A stretch of 64,000 bases of DNA, taken from a virus. Each line of letters begins with the position of its first letter. Positions within the stretch are counted from its first letter, which is position 1. Under the pieces are notes generated by a model. The model did not search any database. It worked only from the letters and a program-made list of their open reading frames with translations, and was not told where the DNA came from. Where the stretch lies: IMG/VR virus record IMGVR_UViG_3300014039_000006; one strand, 5' to 3'. This document shows positions 44,612-54,961 of this stretch, in pieces. The translations under genes were made by a program, and so were the position numbers.

Positions 44612-44713
44612 ATGATCTTGAATTGCATAAATTGTGGCGCACCGATTGATAATACGAAAACGAAATGTCCGTATTGCGACACTCCGTATAAGTTAAATGG
44701 ATTTACTGGTTAG
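44612..44713 (+). CDS. zinc-ribbon small protein (frame stays open past its TAG to 44887)
   Basis: MILNCINCGAPIDNTKTKCPYCDTPYKLNGFTG-TAG. A further 57 sense codons follow in frame. Confidence 0.45.
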   Translation: MILNCINCGAPIDNTKTKCPYCDTPYKLNGFTG

Positions 44714-44889
44714 ATTTCAGAGGAAAGTGGACGTGGCGTATTAAATATAGGCGGTCATTTCTACGATGTTTATTTATCCAGTGTAGAAGTGAAAAATGAT
44801 TGCTACATGGGATATAGGGATAACACAGGAAGACTGATAAGAAAATCCGGGTACATTCACAGAATGTTTACATTGGAGACTTACTAAAC

Positions 44890-45378
44890 ATGATGATAAA
44901 TATTTTGTTTCTCGTGGATTCAATAGAAGATGCCGCATTAGAAACATACATAACTGAAAATGTCGTGAAAGATAAACGGGGAATTTTTGACATTGATTAT
45001 GACAATGCAATGATAAGCATTAATAACATAAAAGTGTGGTTTTGCGCTCCAGAAGCTGAAAGATGCATTTCTCCAATATTGTTTTGCAATTGTGTAGTTG
45101 TAGATGTAAATACGGCTAAAGGAATTTTGGAAAAAGAAAATCTGCAAAGGATGTGTAAAACGATACCGTTTTATGACAGGGCGTGTTTTTATAAAACAAT
45201 GATTGACGAATGGGAGAGGAAGAACGTGAAAAAGAGTATTATTGACCGCTGGAAGAAACACGGAGAATTTACAAGGCGTTGCATGATAGCCGGATTTTCA
45301 AAAGACTTCATTCCTACACGTTTTGAATATGCGATTACAGGCACTAAACTTCATAAGTTGATTTATGGGAGAAACTGA
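44890..45378 (+). CDS. hypothetical protein
   Basis: 162-aa ORF. Confidence 0.5.
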   Translation: MMINILFLVDSIEDAALETYITENVVKDKRGIFDIDYDNAMISINNIKVWFCAPEAERCISPILFCNCVVVDVNTAKGILEKENLQRMCKTIPFYDRACFYKTMIDEWERKNVKKSIIDRWKKHGEFTRRCMIAGFSKDFIPTRFEYAITGTKLHKLIYGRN

Positions 45379-45524
45379 TGTCAGAAAGAGAACTTAAGTT
45401 GAAAATTGAAGAATGTGCGGAACAGATAGCTAAGTCTTTGTGCAAAGGCAAGGATATTGAGATTCGAAAGTCTGCAAATGGAATCAGCGTTGCGGAAATA
45501 AGCAAGAAAGTTGTGAGACGATGA
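45378..45524 (+). CDS. hypothetical small protein
   Basis: 48 aa: MSERELKLKIEECAEQIAKSL.. TGATG overlap. Not in the ORF track. Confidence 0.4.
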   Translation: MSERELKLKIEECAEQIAKSLCKGKDIEIRKSANGISVAEISKKVVRR

Positions 45525-45697
45525 AAAAGAAAATAGAACGAATTATTGACTTTTTGGATTCTTTTTTCTATTATCCAAAGATGAAGAGATATTTTATCGA
45601 TAAGGGGTTGTTTAGCTACAATCCTTGGCAATATGAAAAATTTGCCAGAATAAAATATGCGTGGTGGCATTGTCACCATGGAAAATTGAGAGATTAA
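45521..45697 (+). CDS. hypothetical small protein
   Basis: 58 aa: MKKKIERIIDFLDSFFYYPK.. ATGA overlap. Not in the ORF track. Confidence 0.35.
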   Translation: MKKKIERIIDFLDSFFYYPKMKRYFIDKGLFSYNPWQYEKFARIKYAWWHCHHGKLRD

Positions 45698-45781
45698 ATC
45701 TAACGGCACAACAGATATGGTTGTTGTGCAACAAGTCAAAATGGAGACTTCTTTTATTTTGCAAAGGAGGTCTCTTTCTTT

Positions 45782-47533
45782 ATGTCTGTTGAACTCCAAC
45801 AAACAGTTCAAGGTTATGAAAATTACATACAAAGAAAAGGCATAGATGAAGAAGTCATTTATGCAATGCTAGAAGCGTCCACAGTAGCCATTAAGACGGA
45901 AAAGGATATTCAGTACGGACTTGTCCTTGCGGATAAAACCAAAAGTCTTATAGACTCATATACGGCATTGCATACAGACGGAGGAAGTATATGGGATCTT
46001 GAAGCATACGCTCAAAAGCACGAAACAGAGTACAAACTTGTTAATTGGGAATATGATCTTTTGTGGCTTGAAGCAAGAGAAAGATTTGAAAGTTTTATGC
46101 TTTACCTTGAAAAACGCCGTCCAGTAGAAGAAAGGTTTTATCAACCTAGAGTTATTCCGCTTAGAAGAGTTGCTAATGGCATTCAGGATCTTGTCGATGA
46201 CAAACTGGACGAATTGTTTGTAAACTGCCCGAGCCGTGTTGGAAAAACACAAATTGTTAAGTTGGGATTCGTTTGGTATGGATCTAAATTTCCAGAAAAA
46301 TCCAACCTTTACACTGCATATTCGGACAAGATTACCGGCGGATTCTATGACGGCATTCTTGAAATTATGACCGATCCAACATACACATATGCAGATATTT
46401 TTCCTGAAAACGTAGAAAAGAAGCTGATTACAGATGGAAAAGACACAACGATTGACCTTATCCGAAAGAAAACTTATCCAACGTTTACCATGCGAAGTAT
46501 TTATGGAACGCTGAACGGAGCCTGTGATTGTTCTGGAATGGGAGTTGCAGACGATTTGTTTAGTGGTATTGAGGAAGCATTAAGTCTAGATCGTCAGATC
46601 ACCGTATGGGGGAAATTTGATAACAACTTTATGAAGCGTCTTAAGCGTAAGGCGAAATTGATTAATATGGGAACTAGATGGGCGCCTTTAGACGTTCAGG
46701 GAAGAAGAAGAAACCTTCTTGAAAACAAACCGGAATATAAAAACAGAAGGTGGAATGCGATTGTAATTCCGGCTTTAAATGAAAACGAAGAAAGTAACTT
46801 TGATTACCCGTATAATCTCGGATATTCTACCGAAGATTATTTGATGATTCGGTCTTCTTTTGAGGAAAACGATGATATGGCATCTTGGTATGCACAGGAT
46901 CAACAGGAGCCGATTGATCGTCATGGAGCATTATTTACCACTGACAACATGAAATATTTTAATCCTACACAGGATTTACCGGATCGAGTACCGGATCGTA
47001 TATTTGCAGCAGTGGATCCGGCATATGGTGGTGGTGACTTTGTGGCAATGCCTATTTGCTATCAGTTTACAACAGATTACTTTGTGGTAGATGTGGTTTA
47101 CAACAACGGGGACAAAGAAGTTACAGTCCCGGAAGTAACGCAAAGAATAGCTTTTCACCTTGAAAAATTCGCACCAAAAACAGCAGAGGTGCATTTTGAG
47201 GAAACAAAAACAACTACAGAATACCGGACTTTATGCCAGGAAGAATGGAAAAGATTAAATGCACCGGTAAATGCTACGCATGACGCAGCACCAAACAACA
47301 TATCCAAAGTTGACCGAATAAAAAACCATGCTCCGGATATTAGGAAACTGTATTTTGTTGATAGGGAGCATCGAACAAAAGAGTACAACCAGTACTTTCA
47401 GAACATATTGACTTTTAAAACAGACGGTAAAAATAAGCATGATGACGGAATAGATGCCACGGCGCAGCTTTGCGATATGATTTATGGCAGAAGAAGAACA
47501 CGAAACACTGTTATTATTCAGAGTCCAATTTAA
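45782..47533 (+). CDS. terminase large subunit
   Basis: Walker A CPSRVGKT, Walker B GVADD, nuclease-domain AAVDPAYGGGD and KHDDGIDA. Confidence 0.9.
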   Translation: MSVELQQTVQGYENYIQRKGIDEEVIYAMLEASTVAIKTEKDIQYGLVLADKTKSLIDSYTALHTDGGSIWDLEAYAQKHETEYKLVNWEYDLLWLEARERFESFMLYLEKRRPVEERFYQPRVIPLRRVANGIQDLVDDKLDELFVNCPSRVGKTQIVKLGFVWYGSKFPEKSNLYTAYSDKITGGFYDGILEIMTDPTYTYADIFPENVEKKLITDGKDTTIDLIRKKTYPTFTMRSIYGTLNGACDCSGMGVADDLFSGIEEALSLDRQITVWGKFDNNFMKRLKRKAKLINMGTRWAPLDVQGRRRNLLENKPEYKNRRWNAIVIPALNENEESNFDYPYNLGYSTEDYLMIRSSFEENDDMASWYAQDQQEPIDRHGALFTTDNMKYFNPTQDLPDRVPDRIFAAVDPAYGGGDFVAMPICYQFTTDYFVVDVVYNNGDKEVTVPEVTQRIAFHLEKFAPKTAEVHFEETKTTTEYRTLCQEEWKRLNAPVNATHDAAPNNISKVDRIKNHAPDIRKLYFVDREHRTKEYNQYFQNILTFKTDGKNKHDDGIDATAQLCDMIYGRRRTRNTVIIQSPI

Positions 47534-47547
47534 AGGGGAGGCATTTT

Positions 47548-47958
47548 ATGACAACACAGGAATACTTAAGTCAGGTAGAAAGATATAACCGCATGATTAA
47601 AAATAAACTGGAAGATATTGGAAAACTTCGGGCAATGGCTACGTCCATTACTTTAAGTCCAAAAGATGTTGATGTTCAGAAAACAACGGAAAAAGATAAA
47701 ATCGGATCCGTTGTTGTAAAAATTATCGACATGGAAAAAGAAGTTGACGCCTTGATTGACAAAAGATGCCGCATTATTAATCAGATTGAAAGCGTGTCGG
47801 ATCAGAATATGTATGAGGTTCTTGCGCAGAGATACATAAAAAACATTCAGCCTAAGTCAATCTGCATTGAAAAAATTGGTTCGGAGAGACACATTCGCCG
47901 GATTTTAAGATCGGCAGAGACAGAGTTTGAGCGTATGTACGGAGCGGAATATATGTAA
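47548..47958 (+). CDS. hypothetical protein (sigma-like / DUF1492-like candidate)
   Basis: 136 aa. C-terminal MYEVLAQRYIKN...IGSERHIRRILRSAETEF resembles an HTH. Confidence 0.45.
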   Translation: MTTQEYLSQVERYNRMIKNKLEDIGKLRAMATSITLSPKDVDVQKTTEKDKIGSVVVKIIDMEKEVDALIDKRCRIINQIESVSDQNMYEVLAQRYIKNIQPKSICIEKIGSERHIRRILRSAETEFERMYGAEYM

Positions 47959-48109
47959 TGTCCGCAAATGTCCGCATTTGTCATTATATGTCAGTTGAAA
48001 TACGAAAAACCGTATTTTATAATTAAAATCGAAATAGTACCGATAGAAGTATTCCTCATTTGTATCACCCCAATGCGAGAGCACCGTCTTTGTAGATGGT
48101 GCTTTTTGC

Positions 48110-48325
48110 ATGATGAAAAGAGATTTTATGAAATACAAACCCAAAACCATATACTGTCCACAATGCAACCGCAAGGTAGGAACACATGATGGACGATCAA
48201 CAAACAATCTTATTTGCAGATGTAAGAAGTGTAAAAAGAGAGTTATTTATTATCCGGCAACTATGGAAACGGAAGTAAAGCCACTTCCGAAAAGAACCAC
48301 AAGCAGCGGAATGACATTTATCTAG
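48110..48325 (+). CDS. zinc-ribbon protein (Com-like)
   Basis: CPQCNRKV...CRCKKCKKR. Confidence 0.45.
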   Translation: MMKRDFMKYKPKTIYCPQCNRKVGTHDGRSTNNLICRCKKCKKRVIYYPATMETEVKPLPKRTTSSGMTFI

Positions 48326-48333
48326 GAGTAATT

Positions 48334-49869
48334 ATGCAGACAGGAAGAACCGTTTTATACACTGATGTGCCAGAAATTACATACGATAACGTTATTGAAG
48401 TCTTAAGAAAAGCAATGTCGGGGCATACGGTCAATTCTGCAAGAATAAAGTTTTTGCTTGAATATGATGCCGGATATCAGCCGATTTTAAGAAAGAAAAT
48501 AGTACGTCCTGAAATTGATTGTCAATGTGTAGATAACGTAGCAAATGAAATAACAGAATTTTGGTGCGGTTTTTGTGGAGGAAATCCGATTACCTTAGTT
48601 CAAAACGGAGATAGCACTAATCCTAGAATCGCAGAAGGAATCAAGGCATTAAACAAAGAATACGATTTAGCAAAGATAAAAACCAAAACGCAAGAAATAT
48701 TTCGATATATGTTTGTTTGCGGAATTGGCTATGTACTGATTGACGTAAATACGGAATGGAAAAAAGGGAAAAGTCATTTTACTTACGATGTTCTGGATCC
48801 TAGAACGGCATTTGTTGTTAAGTCAAGTTATTACCCAGATCACAGGGTAATGCTTGGAGTTACTTATAGACATGATGATTCATCCGGAAATACATATTTT
48901 ACTTGTTATAGTAAAGATGCTCGATATGAAATCAAGAATCAGGTAGAGCATATGGAAAGAAGCGGAGAAATCAATTTCCTAGGAACCATTCCGATTATTG
49001 AATATTTCAGATCCTATGATCGTATGGGGGTATGGGAAAGACAGATTCCGGAAATGGACAACTTGAATTTGATGATATCTGATTTTTCCAATGATGTAGA
49101 CCAAAACACACAGGCTATCTTCCATTCAAACGATATAGAATTTCCTAAAGTTACTGTAGAAAATGAAGATGGAACAGTTACAGAAGAAGTTAAAAAGCCC
49201 AAAAATGGAGACTGGTTACAAACGTTTACTACGTCAGAAGGAAAAACACCGATTATTGAGCCAATATCAATAGATTATGATTATTCTGGAATGCTGAATA
49301 ACATACAGGTAAGAAGACAAATGATATTGGAAAAATGCAATGTTCCGCAAAGAAACGATAATTCTGGTGGTAGTACCGGAGTTGCAATGAGCGATGCAAC
49401 CGGATGGAGTCATGCGGAAATGGCAGCTTCAAAACAGCAGATGATTATTGATTCTTGCAAAATGGAAGAGGTCGAAGTCGTTCTCGCAGCTATTAATATT
49501 TCCCAAGAAGTGGAACAGGAGAATCCGCTTAGGGAACTTAGCTTAGAAGATATAGAGCCAAACATTAAACGGCAAAAAACATATGAAATGTCAACGAAGG
49601 TTAATTCTATGGCAACTTTATTGAGTCATGGATTTAGCCTTGAAGATGCGGTTAATTCAATTCCGTTTTTTGATGATCCTAATGAGGTTTGCTTGAGAAG
49701 TGGAGAAGGGATAAAGAAATACCAAGATAGTATATTCAATAAAACTTCACAGAATCAGGCACAAGGTGGAGAAGGAGAACAGAAACCAAACTCTGACAGG
49801 ACAATGCAGGATCTTTCCGATCAGGTTTCCAACAGTCCGGTGATTGATAAGAGCCGAACGGATAAGTAG
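48334..49869 (+). CDS. portal protein
   Basis: 511 aa. Follows the terminase and precedes the MuF-like head morphogenesis gene. Confidence 0.8.
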   Translation: MQTGRTVLYTDVPEITYDNVIEVLRKAMSGHTVNSARIKFLLEYDAGYQPILRKKIVRPEIDCQCVDNVANEITEFWCGFCGGNPITLVQNGDSTNPRIAEGIKALNKEYDLAKIKTKTQEIFRYMFVCGIGYVLIDVNTEWKKGKSHFTYDVLDPRTAFVVKSSYYPDHRVMLGVTYRHDDSSGNTYFTCYSKDARYEIKNQVEHMERSGEINFLGTIPIIEYFRSYDRMGVWERQIPEMDNLNLMISDFSNDVDQNTQAIFHSNDIEFPKVTVENEDGTVTEEVKKPKNGDWLQTFTTSEGKTPIIEPISIDYDYSGMLNNIQVRRQMILEKCNVPQRNDNSGGSTGVAMSDATGWSHAEMAASKQQMIIDSCKMEEVEVVLAAINISQEVEQENPLRELSLEDIEPNIKRQKTYEMSTKVNSMATLLSHGFSLEDAVNSIPFFDDPNEVCLRSGEGIKKYQDSIFNKTSQNQAQGGEGEQKPNSDRTMQDLSDQVSNSPVIDKSRTDK

Positions 49870-49876
49870 GTGACCT

Positions 49877-50473
49877 ATGGACAAATTAAATGTATTGTCG
49901 TTTGATCGCTATTTTGGAGAAATGGAATTATCCGAAGAACAAAAGAAAATGAGGATTGAAGAAGCAGAAAAGTTTGAAAAAATGATGTTTTTTATCTTTG
50001 AACTGGTTTCTATTATGTTGGATTACCAATACATAAACAAGGAATATTTGGAGCAAGAATTGAAACAGCGTTATTTAAACATAGCTGAAAAGTATTCCGG
50101 CATTGATGATTATGTAGAGGATTATGCACAGGAATTTGCTTCTTTAACCATTCAGGTTACCTTAGAAAACCTGTCAGATGATTACTATACGTCAGAAGAG
50201 AGAGCAACTCTGATAGCGGAGAATGAAGCCAATAGCAATATCAATTATTTTGACATGAAACAGGCTATTGAAGAAAGAAAAACAAAAAAGCGTTGGAAAA
50301 CACAACGGGATAAGAAAGTAAGGGAAACACATAGACGGATTGACGGACAAGAAATTGACATTGAAGACGCTTTTCTTGTAGGTGACAGTTTAATGAGGTT
50401 TCCAAAAGACATTTATTACGGTGCAAGACTTGAAGAGATAGCCGGATGTAGATGTGTAGTTGAATATTTATGA
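49877..50473 (+). CDS. head morphogenesis protein (Mu F / SPP1 gp7-like)
   Basis: RWKTQRDKKVRETHRRIDGQEIDIEDAF. Confidence 0.7.
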   Translation: MDKLNVLSFDRYFGEMELSEEQKKMRIEEAEKFEKMMFFIFELVSIMLDYQYINKEYLEQELKQRYLNIAEKYSGIDDYVEDYAQEFASLTIQVTLENLSDDYYTSEERATLIAENEANSNINYFDMKQAIEERKTKKRWKTQRDKKVRETHRRIDGQEIDIEDAFLVGDSLMRFPKDIYYGARLEEIAGCRCVVEYL

Positions 50474-50598
50474 TATTAAGCCATTAGGAATTTTTCTAGT
50501 GGCTTTTTATATGCCCCAGAGAAGGGGTTTTTAAATTTCGCAAACGTCAGAGAAAGACGGAATAACGAGCAAAATTATTGAAAGAAAGAGGTAAAAAC

Positions 50599-51204
50599 AT
50601 GGAAGCAACAGAAACCAAAACACAGTTACCAGATCAGCAGGTAAAGACGGATGCAAAACAGGTTCCGGAAGAATCTTCAAAGGAAAAGAATCAGGAAACT
50701 CCTAAAGCACCAAGCGTAGAGGAACTTATGGCACAACTTGCCGCGCAAAAAGCAGAAACTGAAAAATACAAAAATCAGTATAACAAGGCCAGTTCCGAAG
50801 CGGCAGAATCCAAGAAGCAGTTAAGGTCTAAGCAGACGGCAGAGGAAATCGAAGCAGCTGCAAAAGCAGAAGCAGAGAGAATCAAGGACGAAAAACTTGA
50901 AGCCATGAGCAAAGAACTTAATCACATTAAGGCTGTTGCTGCTTATAAGAATGTTTCTGAAAAATCAATTGAAACCTTAATTGAAGCGGTTTCTGAAAAC
51001 GACCATGCAGCAATCGCAACCATTATTGAAAACGAAGTGAAAGCTGGAATCACGAACGCACAGGCAGAATGGATGAAGAGCAGACCGAGAGTAAATGCCG
51101 GGAAAACTGCTTATTCCGGAATGACTGCGGATCAGATCATGGCTATCGAGGATAGAAGCGAAAGAAGAAAAGCAATCGCTTTAAATCCGGAATTATTCAC
51201 CTAA
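50599..51204 (+). CDS. scaffolding protein
   Basis: Helical, A/E/K-rich, about 200 aa, immediately upstream of the capsid gene. Confidence 0.7.
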   Translation: MEATETKTQLPDQQVKTDAKQVPEESSKEKNQETPKAPSVEELMAQLAAQKAETEKYKNQYNKASSEAAESKKQLRSKQTAEEIEAAAKAEAERIKDEKLEAMSKELNHIKAVAAYKNVSEKSIETLIEAVSENDHAAIATIIENEVKAGITNAQAEWMKSRPRVNAGKTAYSGMTADQIMAIEDRSERRKAIALNPELFT

Positions 51205-51220
51205 AACAGGAGGTTAGGAA

Positions 51221-52366
51221 ATGGCAGCAGAAGAGAATTTAATTAAGAAAGAAGACCTTGCGAGAGCAAGAGAGATTGAATTTGTAAACCTTTTTGGATA
51301 TTCCATTAAAAAGTTAATGGAAGCATTAGGGGTTACCAGAAAGATTCCGAAGGAAGCCGGGACTGTACTTAAGTCTTACAAGGCTACCGGAACATTGCAG
51401 GACGGAAATGTTGCAGAAGGTGAGATTATTCCGCTTTCTAAGTATAAGACCGAGCCTGTAAATTATGACGAAATTACATTAAAGAAGTGGAGAAAAGCCA
51501 CTTCCGCAGAAGCAATTATTGAAAGAGGTTATGATCAGGCAGTCCAGATGACAATGGATAAAATGCTTCAAGATGTGCAAAAGGGAATCAGAAAGAATTT
51601 CTTTGATTTTCTTTCTACTGGAACCGGATCTTGTTCTGGAAAAACATTCCAGGCGGCTTTAGCGCAGGCTTGGGGACAGTTACAGGTATTGTTTGAGGAT
51701 GATGAAATCGGCGCGGTTTATTTTATGAATCCGCTTGATGTAGCTGATTATCTTGCAACAGCGCAGATCACCATTCAGACTGCTTTTGGTATGACTTACG
51801 TTGAAAACTTCCTGAATCTCGGAACCGTTATTTTTAATGCTTCCGTACCAAAGGGAACTATCTACGCAACGGCAAAGGATAACATTGTCCTTTATTACAT
51901 TCCTACCAATGGAGCAGATCTTGATGAGGTATTCTCCTTTACCAGTGATCCGACCGGATATATCGGAGTACATGAAAGTCCGGATTACGACAACATGACC
52001 GCAAAAGACACCGTAATTTCCGGTATTGTTTTGTTTGCAGAAAGAATTGACGGTATCGTTGTTTCTACAATTACCGGTGACAACACCCTTGGAACACTTA
52101 CTGTAAACAGTGTTGCAGGAACAGCGGTTGGAGATACAAAAGTAACCGTAAGTCCGTCTCTTACAAGTGGAAATTCCTATAAGTACAAGGTTGCAGACAC
52201 AGAGCAGGAAGTGACCTATGGAAAGAGCGTACAGGTATGGAGTGCTTGGAACGGAACCTCTGATATCACCGCAGAATCCGGAAAGGTAATTACGGTCGTT
52301 GAGTGCGACAGTGCTTACAAGGCAGTAAAAGCCGGTCACGCAACAGTAACATCTAAGCAGTCTTAA
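51221..52366 (+). CDS. major capsid protein with C-terminal Ig-like extension
   Basis: 381 aa, called by position. C-terminal TLTVNSVAGTAVGDTKVTVSP..YKYKV is beta-rich. Confidence 0.8.
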   Translation: MAAEENLIKKEDLARAREIEFVNLFGYSIKKLMEALGVTRKIPKEAGTVLKSYKATGTLQDGNVAEGEIIPLSKYKTEPVNYDEITLKKWRKATSAEAIIERGYDQAVQMTMDKMLQDVQKGIRKNFFDFLSTGTGSCSGKTFQAALAQAWGQLQVLFEDDEIGAVYFMNPLDVADYLATAQITIQTAFGMTYVENFLNLGTVIFNASVPKGTIYATAKDNIVLYYIPTNGADLDEVFSFTSDPTGYIGVHESPDYDNMTAKDTVISGIVLFAERIDGIVVSTITGDNTLGTLTVNSVAGTAVGDTKVTVSPSLTSGNSYKYKVADTEQEVTYGKSVQVWSAWNGTSDITAESGKVITVVECDSAYKAVKAGHATVTSKQS

Positions 52367-52376
52367 GGAGTAGATT

Positions 52377-52754
52377 ATGTCAGCATACACAGTATTGGAA
52401 CAGGTAAAGATCCGTTTAAAACAATTTCATATGGAAACGGTTGAAAGCGATGGCCTTACTTCCAGTACTGTGATGTTTGACCGTAAGGAAGATAATCCAC
52501 TTTTGGAGCAGTTAATCAATCAAGCTACGGAAGATATCAAGAACAAAAGAAGATATCCAAGTGATTATACAAAAGAAGAAATCGAGGAAGACCTTAAGCG
52601 GTATGAATCCGTTCTTGTTAATGTTGTCGTTTATGACCGTATGAAGTTGGGGGGAGATTTCCAACAGTCAGACAGTGAGAATGGGAAATCGAGAACATGG
52701 GTTGACCGAAATACGTTATTCAAAGAGATATATCCGATAGCTAGGATTGTTTAG
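52377..52754 (+). CDS. head-tail connector (gp6-like)
   Basis: 125 aa, called by position. YTVLEQVKIRLKQFH... pattern. Confidence 0.55.
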   Translation: MSAYTVLEQVKIRLKQFHMETVESDGLTSSTVMFDRKEDNPLLEQLINQATEDIKNKRRYPSDYTKEEIEEDLKRYESVLVNVVVYDRMKLGGDFQQSDSENGKSRTWVDRNTLFKEIYPIARIV

Positions 52755-52860
52755 AAGATTGAGCGTTATGTTTTGCTGAAAACAGCAGAATGTAGCAGGG
52801 CGCATACTTTTAAGTGGCGGTGGGCAGTATGCAAAATAAACGAGAAGGGCGGTATATGAT

Positions 52861-53175
52861 GTGACTATAGAGATTTCTACAGCAATCATTATCAGCGTTT
52901 TATCGCTTGGTTTTTCTGTATTTATGGGTTTGAAAAACAGCAAGAGAACAGATACAAAAGACATTGAAGAGAGGGTAAAAGAAAATACCCGTATCAATAT
53001 GAAACTTGACGGTATCACCAGTAATACGGCAGAAATCAAAGCTGAACTTTCTGAAATGAGAAAAGAAATTAATTCTCACGATTCAAGGCTTGTAAAGATC
53101 GAAGAAAGCGTTAAGTCGGCGCATCACCGGATCGACGGAATTGAAAAGGTGGTTCGGTGTGAAAAAGAGGAATAG
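52861..53175 (+). CDS. membrane-anchored coiled-coil protein
   Basis: GTG start. N-terminal TM IEISTAIIISVLSLGFSVFMGL, then a coiled coil. An unusual location inside the head-tail genes. Confidence 0.4.
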   Translation: MTIEISTAIIISVLSLGFSVFMGLKNSKRTDTKDIEERVKENTRINMKLDGITSNTAEIKAELSEMRKEINSHDSRLVKIEESVKSAHHRIDGIEKVVRCEKEE

Positions 53176-53177
53176 CA

Positions 53178-53609
53178 ATGCTTGATATTAATAAGCAGAA
53201 AATGTTTTACTCGCTGATTGGCGGTAAAGTGCCGGTTTATGAACTGGACAAAGACGGAAAAGTTAAGACAGTTACTGTTGATGGTAAAGAAGTGCCGAAG
53301 ACAACAGGGGAGTATCGGACAGGTTATGGAAAGCCTGTCTGTTTTTATGCCAATATCAGCAATGCACTTGATGAAGCACTGGCTAAGTCGTTTGGTATTG
53401 ATGATTCAACCAACTATGTACAGATTTGCGCAGAAAAGAATGAATTGCCATTGACCGTAGGAACCGTAATTTGGAAAAGATCGGCGGTAGCCTATGAAGA
53501 TGTCAACCAAACGATTGTAGACTCTCTATCAGCCGATTACACGGTTAAGGGCGTAGCTGATGAAGGACTTACCGTTGATCTGTTCTTATTGCAGAGAAAT
53601 GTAAAGTAG
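53178..53609 (+). CDS. hypothetical head-tail joining protein
   Basis: 143 aa, called by position. Confidence 0.45.
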   Translation: MLDINKQKMFYSLIGGKVPVYELDKDGKVKTVTVDGKEVPKTTGEYRTGYGKPVCFYANISNALDEALAKSFGIDDSTNYVQICAEKNELPLTVGTVIWKRSAVAYEDVNQTIVDSLSADYTVKGVADEGLTVDLFLLQRNVK

Positions 53610-53617
53610 GTAACCAT

Positions 53618-53983
53618 ATGGAATCTATAAAAGTAAATATTCTTGGAACGGAATACACGATTGAAACCCATAAGATTTCAGAAGATCCTTTTATGAAAAA
53701 AAGTAACATTGAAGGTTGGTGCGGAGAAGATGCAAAACTCATTGCAATAGCAGACCTTGATGAAAAAGAATTTTATGAAGATATGACAGAAGAAGAAAAG
53801 ATTAATAGAAGAAAAAACATTCTTCGACATGAAATTACTCATGCTTTTCTTAATGAAAGCGGATTATCTGCTTGTGCTTCTGTTCCTATTGGACCGTGGG
53901 CGAAAAATGAAGAAATGGTGGATTGGATTGCCATTCAATCACCTAAAATTTTCAAAGTTTTTCAGGAATTAGATATTTTGTAG
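53618..53983 (+). CDS. minimal HExxH metallopeptidase-like protein
   Basis: ILRHEITHAF. Resembles 36514-36837. Confidence 0.5.
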   Translation: MESIKVNILGTEYTIETHKISEDPFMKKSNIEGWCGEDAKLIAIADLDEKEFYEDMTEEEKINRRKNILRHEITHAFLNESGLSACASVPIGPWAKNEEMVDWIAIQSPKIFKVFQELDIL

Positions 53984-53991
53984 GTAACCGC

Positions 53992-54540
53992 ATGTCAAAG
54001 ACAATCAACGTTAACATTTTATCGAAAAAATCCATACAGAACGCCATTAAAGAAATCCGTGATTATCAGAATGATTTTCACGGGAAGCTGAAAATTTTTG
54101 TTTCACGACTTGCAGATGCCGGAATTGAAGTGGCGCAGAACAACGTTGGAGGTTTTGGAAGGTACATTGTTTTTTCAAAAGAAGTTGATCCGGCAGAAAC
54201 AGGGTGCACGGTTATTATTCATGCGAAAGAAACCGGAAAGATTATTAGCAGTTGGTTGACAAAAGAGGGAAGAAAAGATGCAGAAGTATCACCGCTGCTT
54301 ATGGCAGAGTTTGGATCCGGTTTCGGTGCTGAAAATCCAAAAAACATTCAGGGAGTAGGACAAGGGACATTTCCGGATCAAACACATGCAAAAGATCCGG
54401 AAGGTTGGTATTGGAAAGATTTGGACGGAAATCTGCATCATTCCAGAGGAATAGAAGCCAGAATGCCAATGTACAAGGCAAGCCTTGAAATCATTGAGCA
54501 GTGCGGAAGAATTGCAAAGGAGGTATTTTCCAATGGTTAG
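53992..54540 (+). CDS. hypothetical head-tail/tail completion protein
   Basis: 182 aa, called by position. Confidence 0.45.
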   Translation: MSKTINVNILSKKSIQNAIKEIRDYQNDFHGKLKIFVSRLADAGIEVAQNNVGGFGRYIVFSKEVDPAETGCTVIIHAKETGKIISSWLTKEGRKDAEVSPLLMAEFGSGFGAENPKNIQGVGQGTFPDQTHAKDPEGWYWKDLDGNLHHSRGIEARMPMYKASLEIIEQCGRIAKEVFSNG

Positions 54541-54961
54541 GGAAGATAACTGGGCGTTTGAAATCGAATCGGAAATCTTTACAACCGTAAAAGCAAAAGC
54601 AATGCCGATTTTGCAAGAGCAATTTCCAGAGACAGATTTTTCAGAATCTTTTACGAATGTTAAGGGAAGTCTTGATAAAGCGGTTTTTCCGACAATTTAC
54701 ATTCACGAATTGCCGGGAGTGCAAAAGGGGCAGACACTTGATGCAGTTGGAATTGATGCAGTCCTTGAAAGTTTTCAAGTCGATGTCATCACAAATACAA
54801 GTCAAGGAGATACAAAAAAGATTCTCGGAATTATCTTGAACGTGTTTAGTATGCTTCGGTTTTCCGTAACGGCAATGCCGGAGTTTAACAACGAAAGTGA
54901 AAAGAAATTCCGATGTACTGGAAGAGTTCGGCGCCTAATCGGCGCAAGTGATTCTTTATAA
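54533..54961 (+). CDS. hypothetical tail completion protein
   Basis: ATG 54533 after AAGGAGG. 8-nt overlap with the upstream gene. Confidence 0.45.
   Translation: MVREDNWAFEIESEIFTTVKAKAMPILQEQFPETDFSESFTNVKGSLDKAVFPTIYIHELPGVQKGQTLDAVGIDAVLESFQVDVITNTSQGDTKKILGIILNVFSMLRFSVTAMPEFNNESEKKFRCTGRVRRLIGASDSL

Noticed and set aside
44711-54540. Global TAG stop-codon reassignment in the late genes
   Set aside because: Many well-supported genes (25666-26253, 48110-48325, portal, 53178-53609, 53618-53983, 53992-54540) end at TAG. Each TAG is followed directly by an RBS and the next start in a different frame. The only tRNA has anticodon UUG, not CUA.
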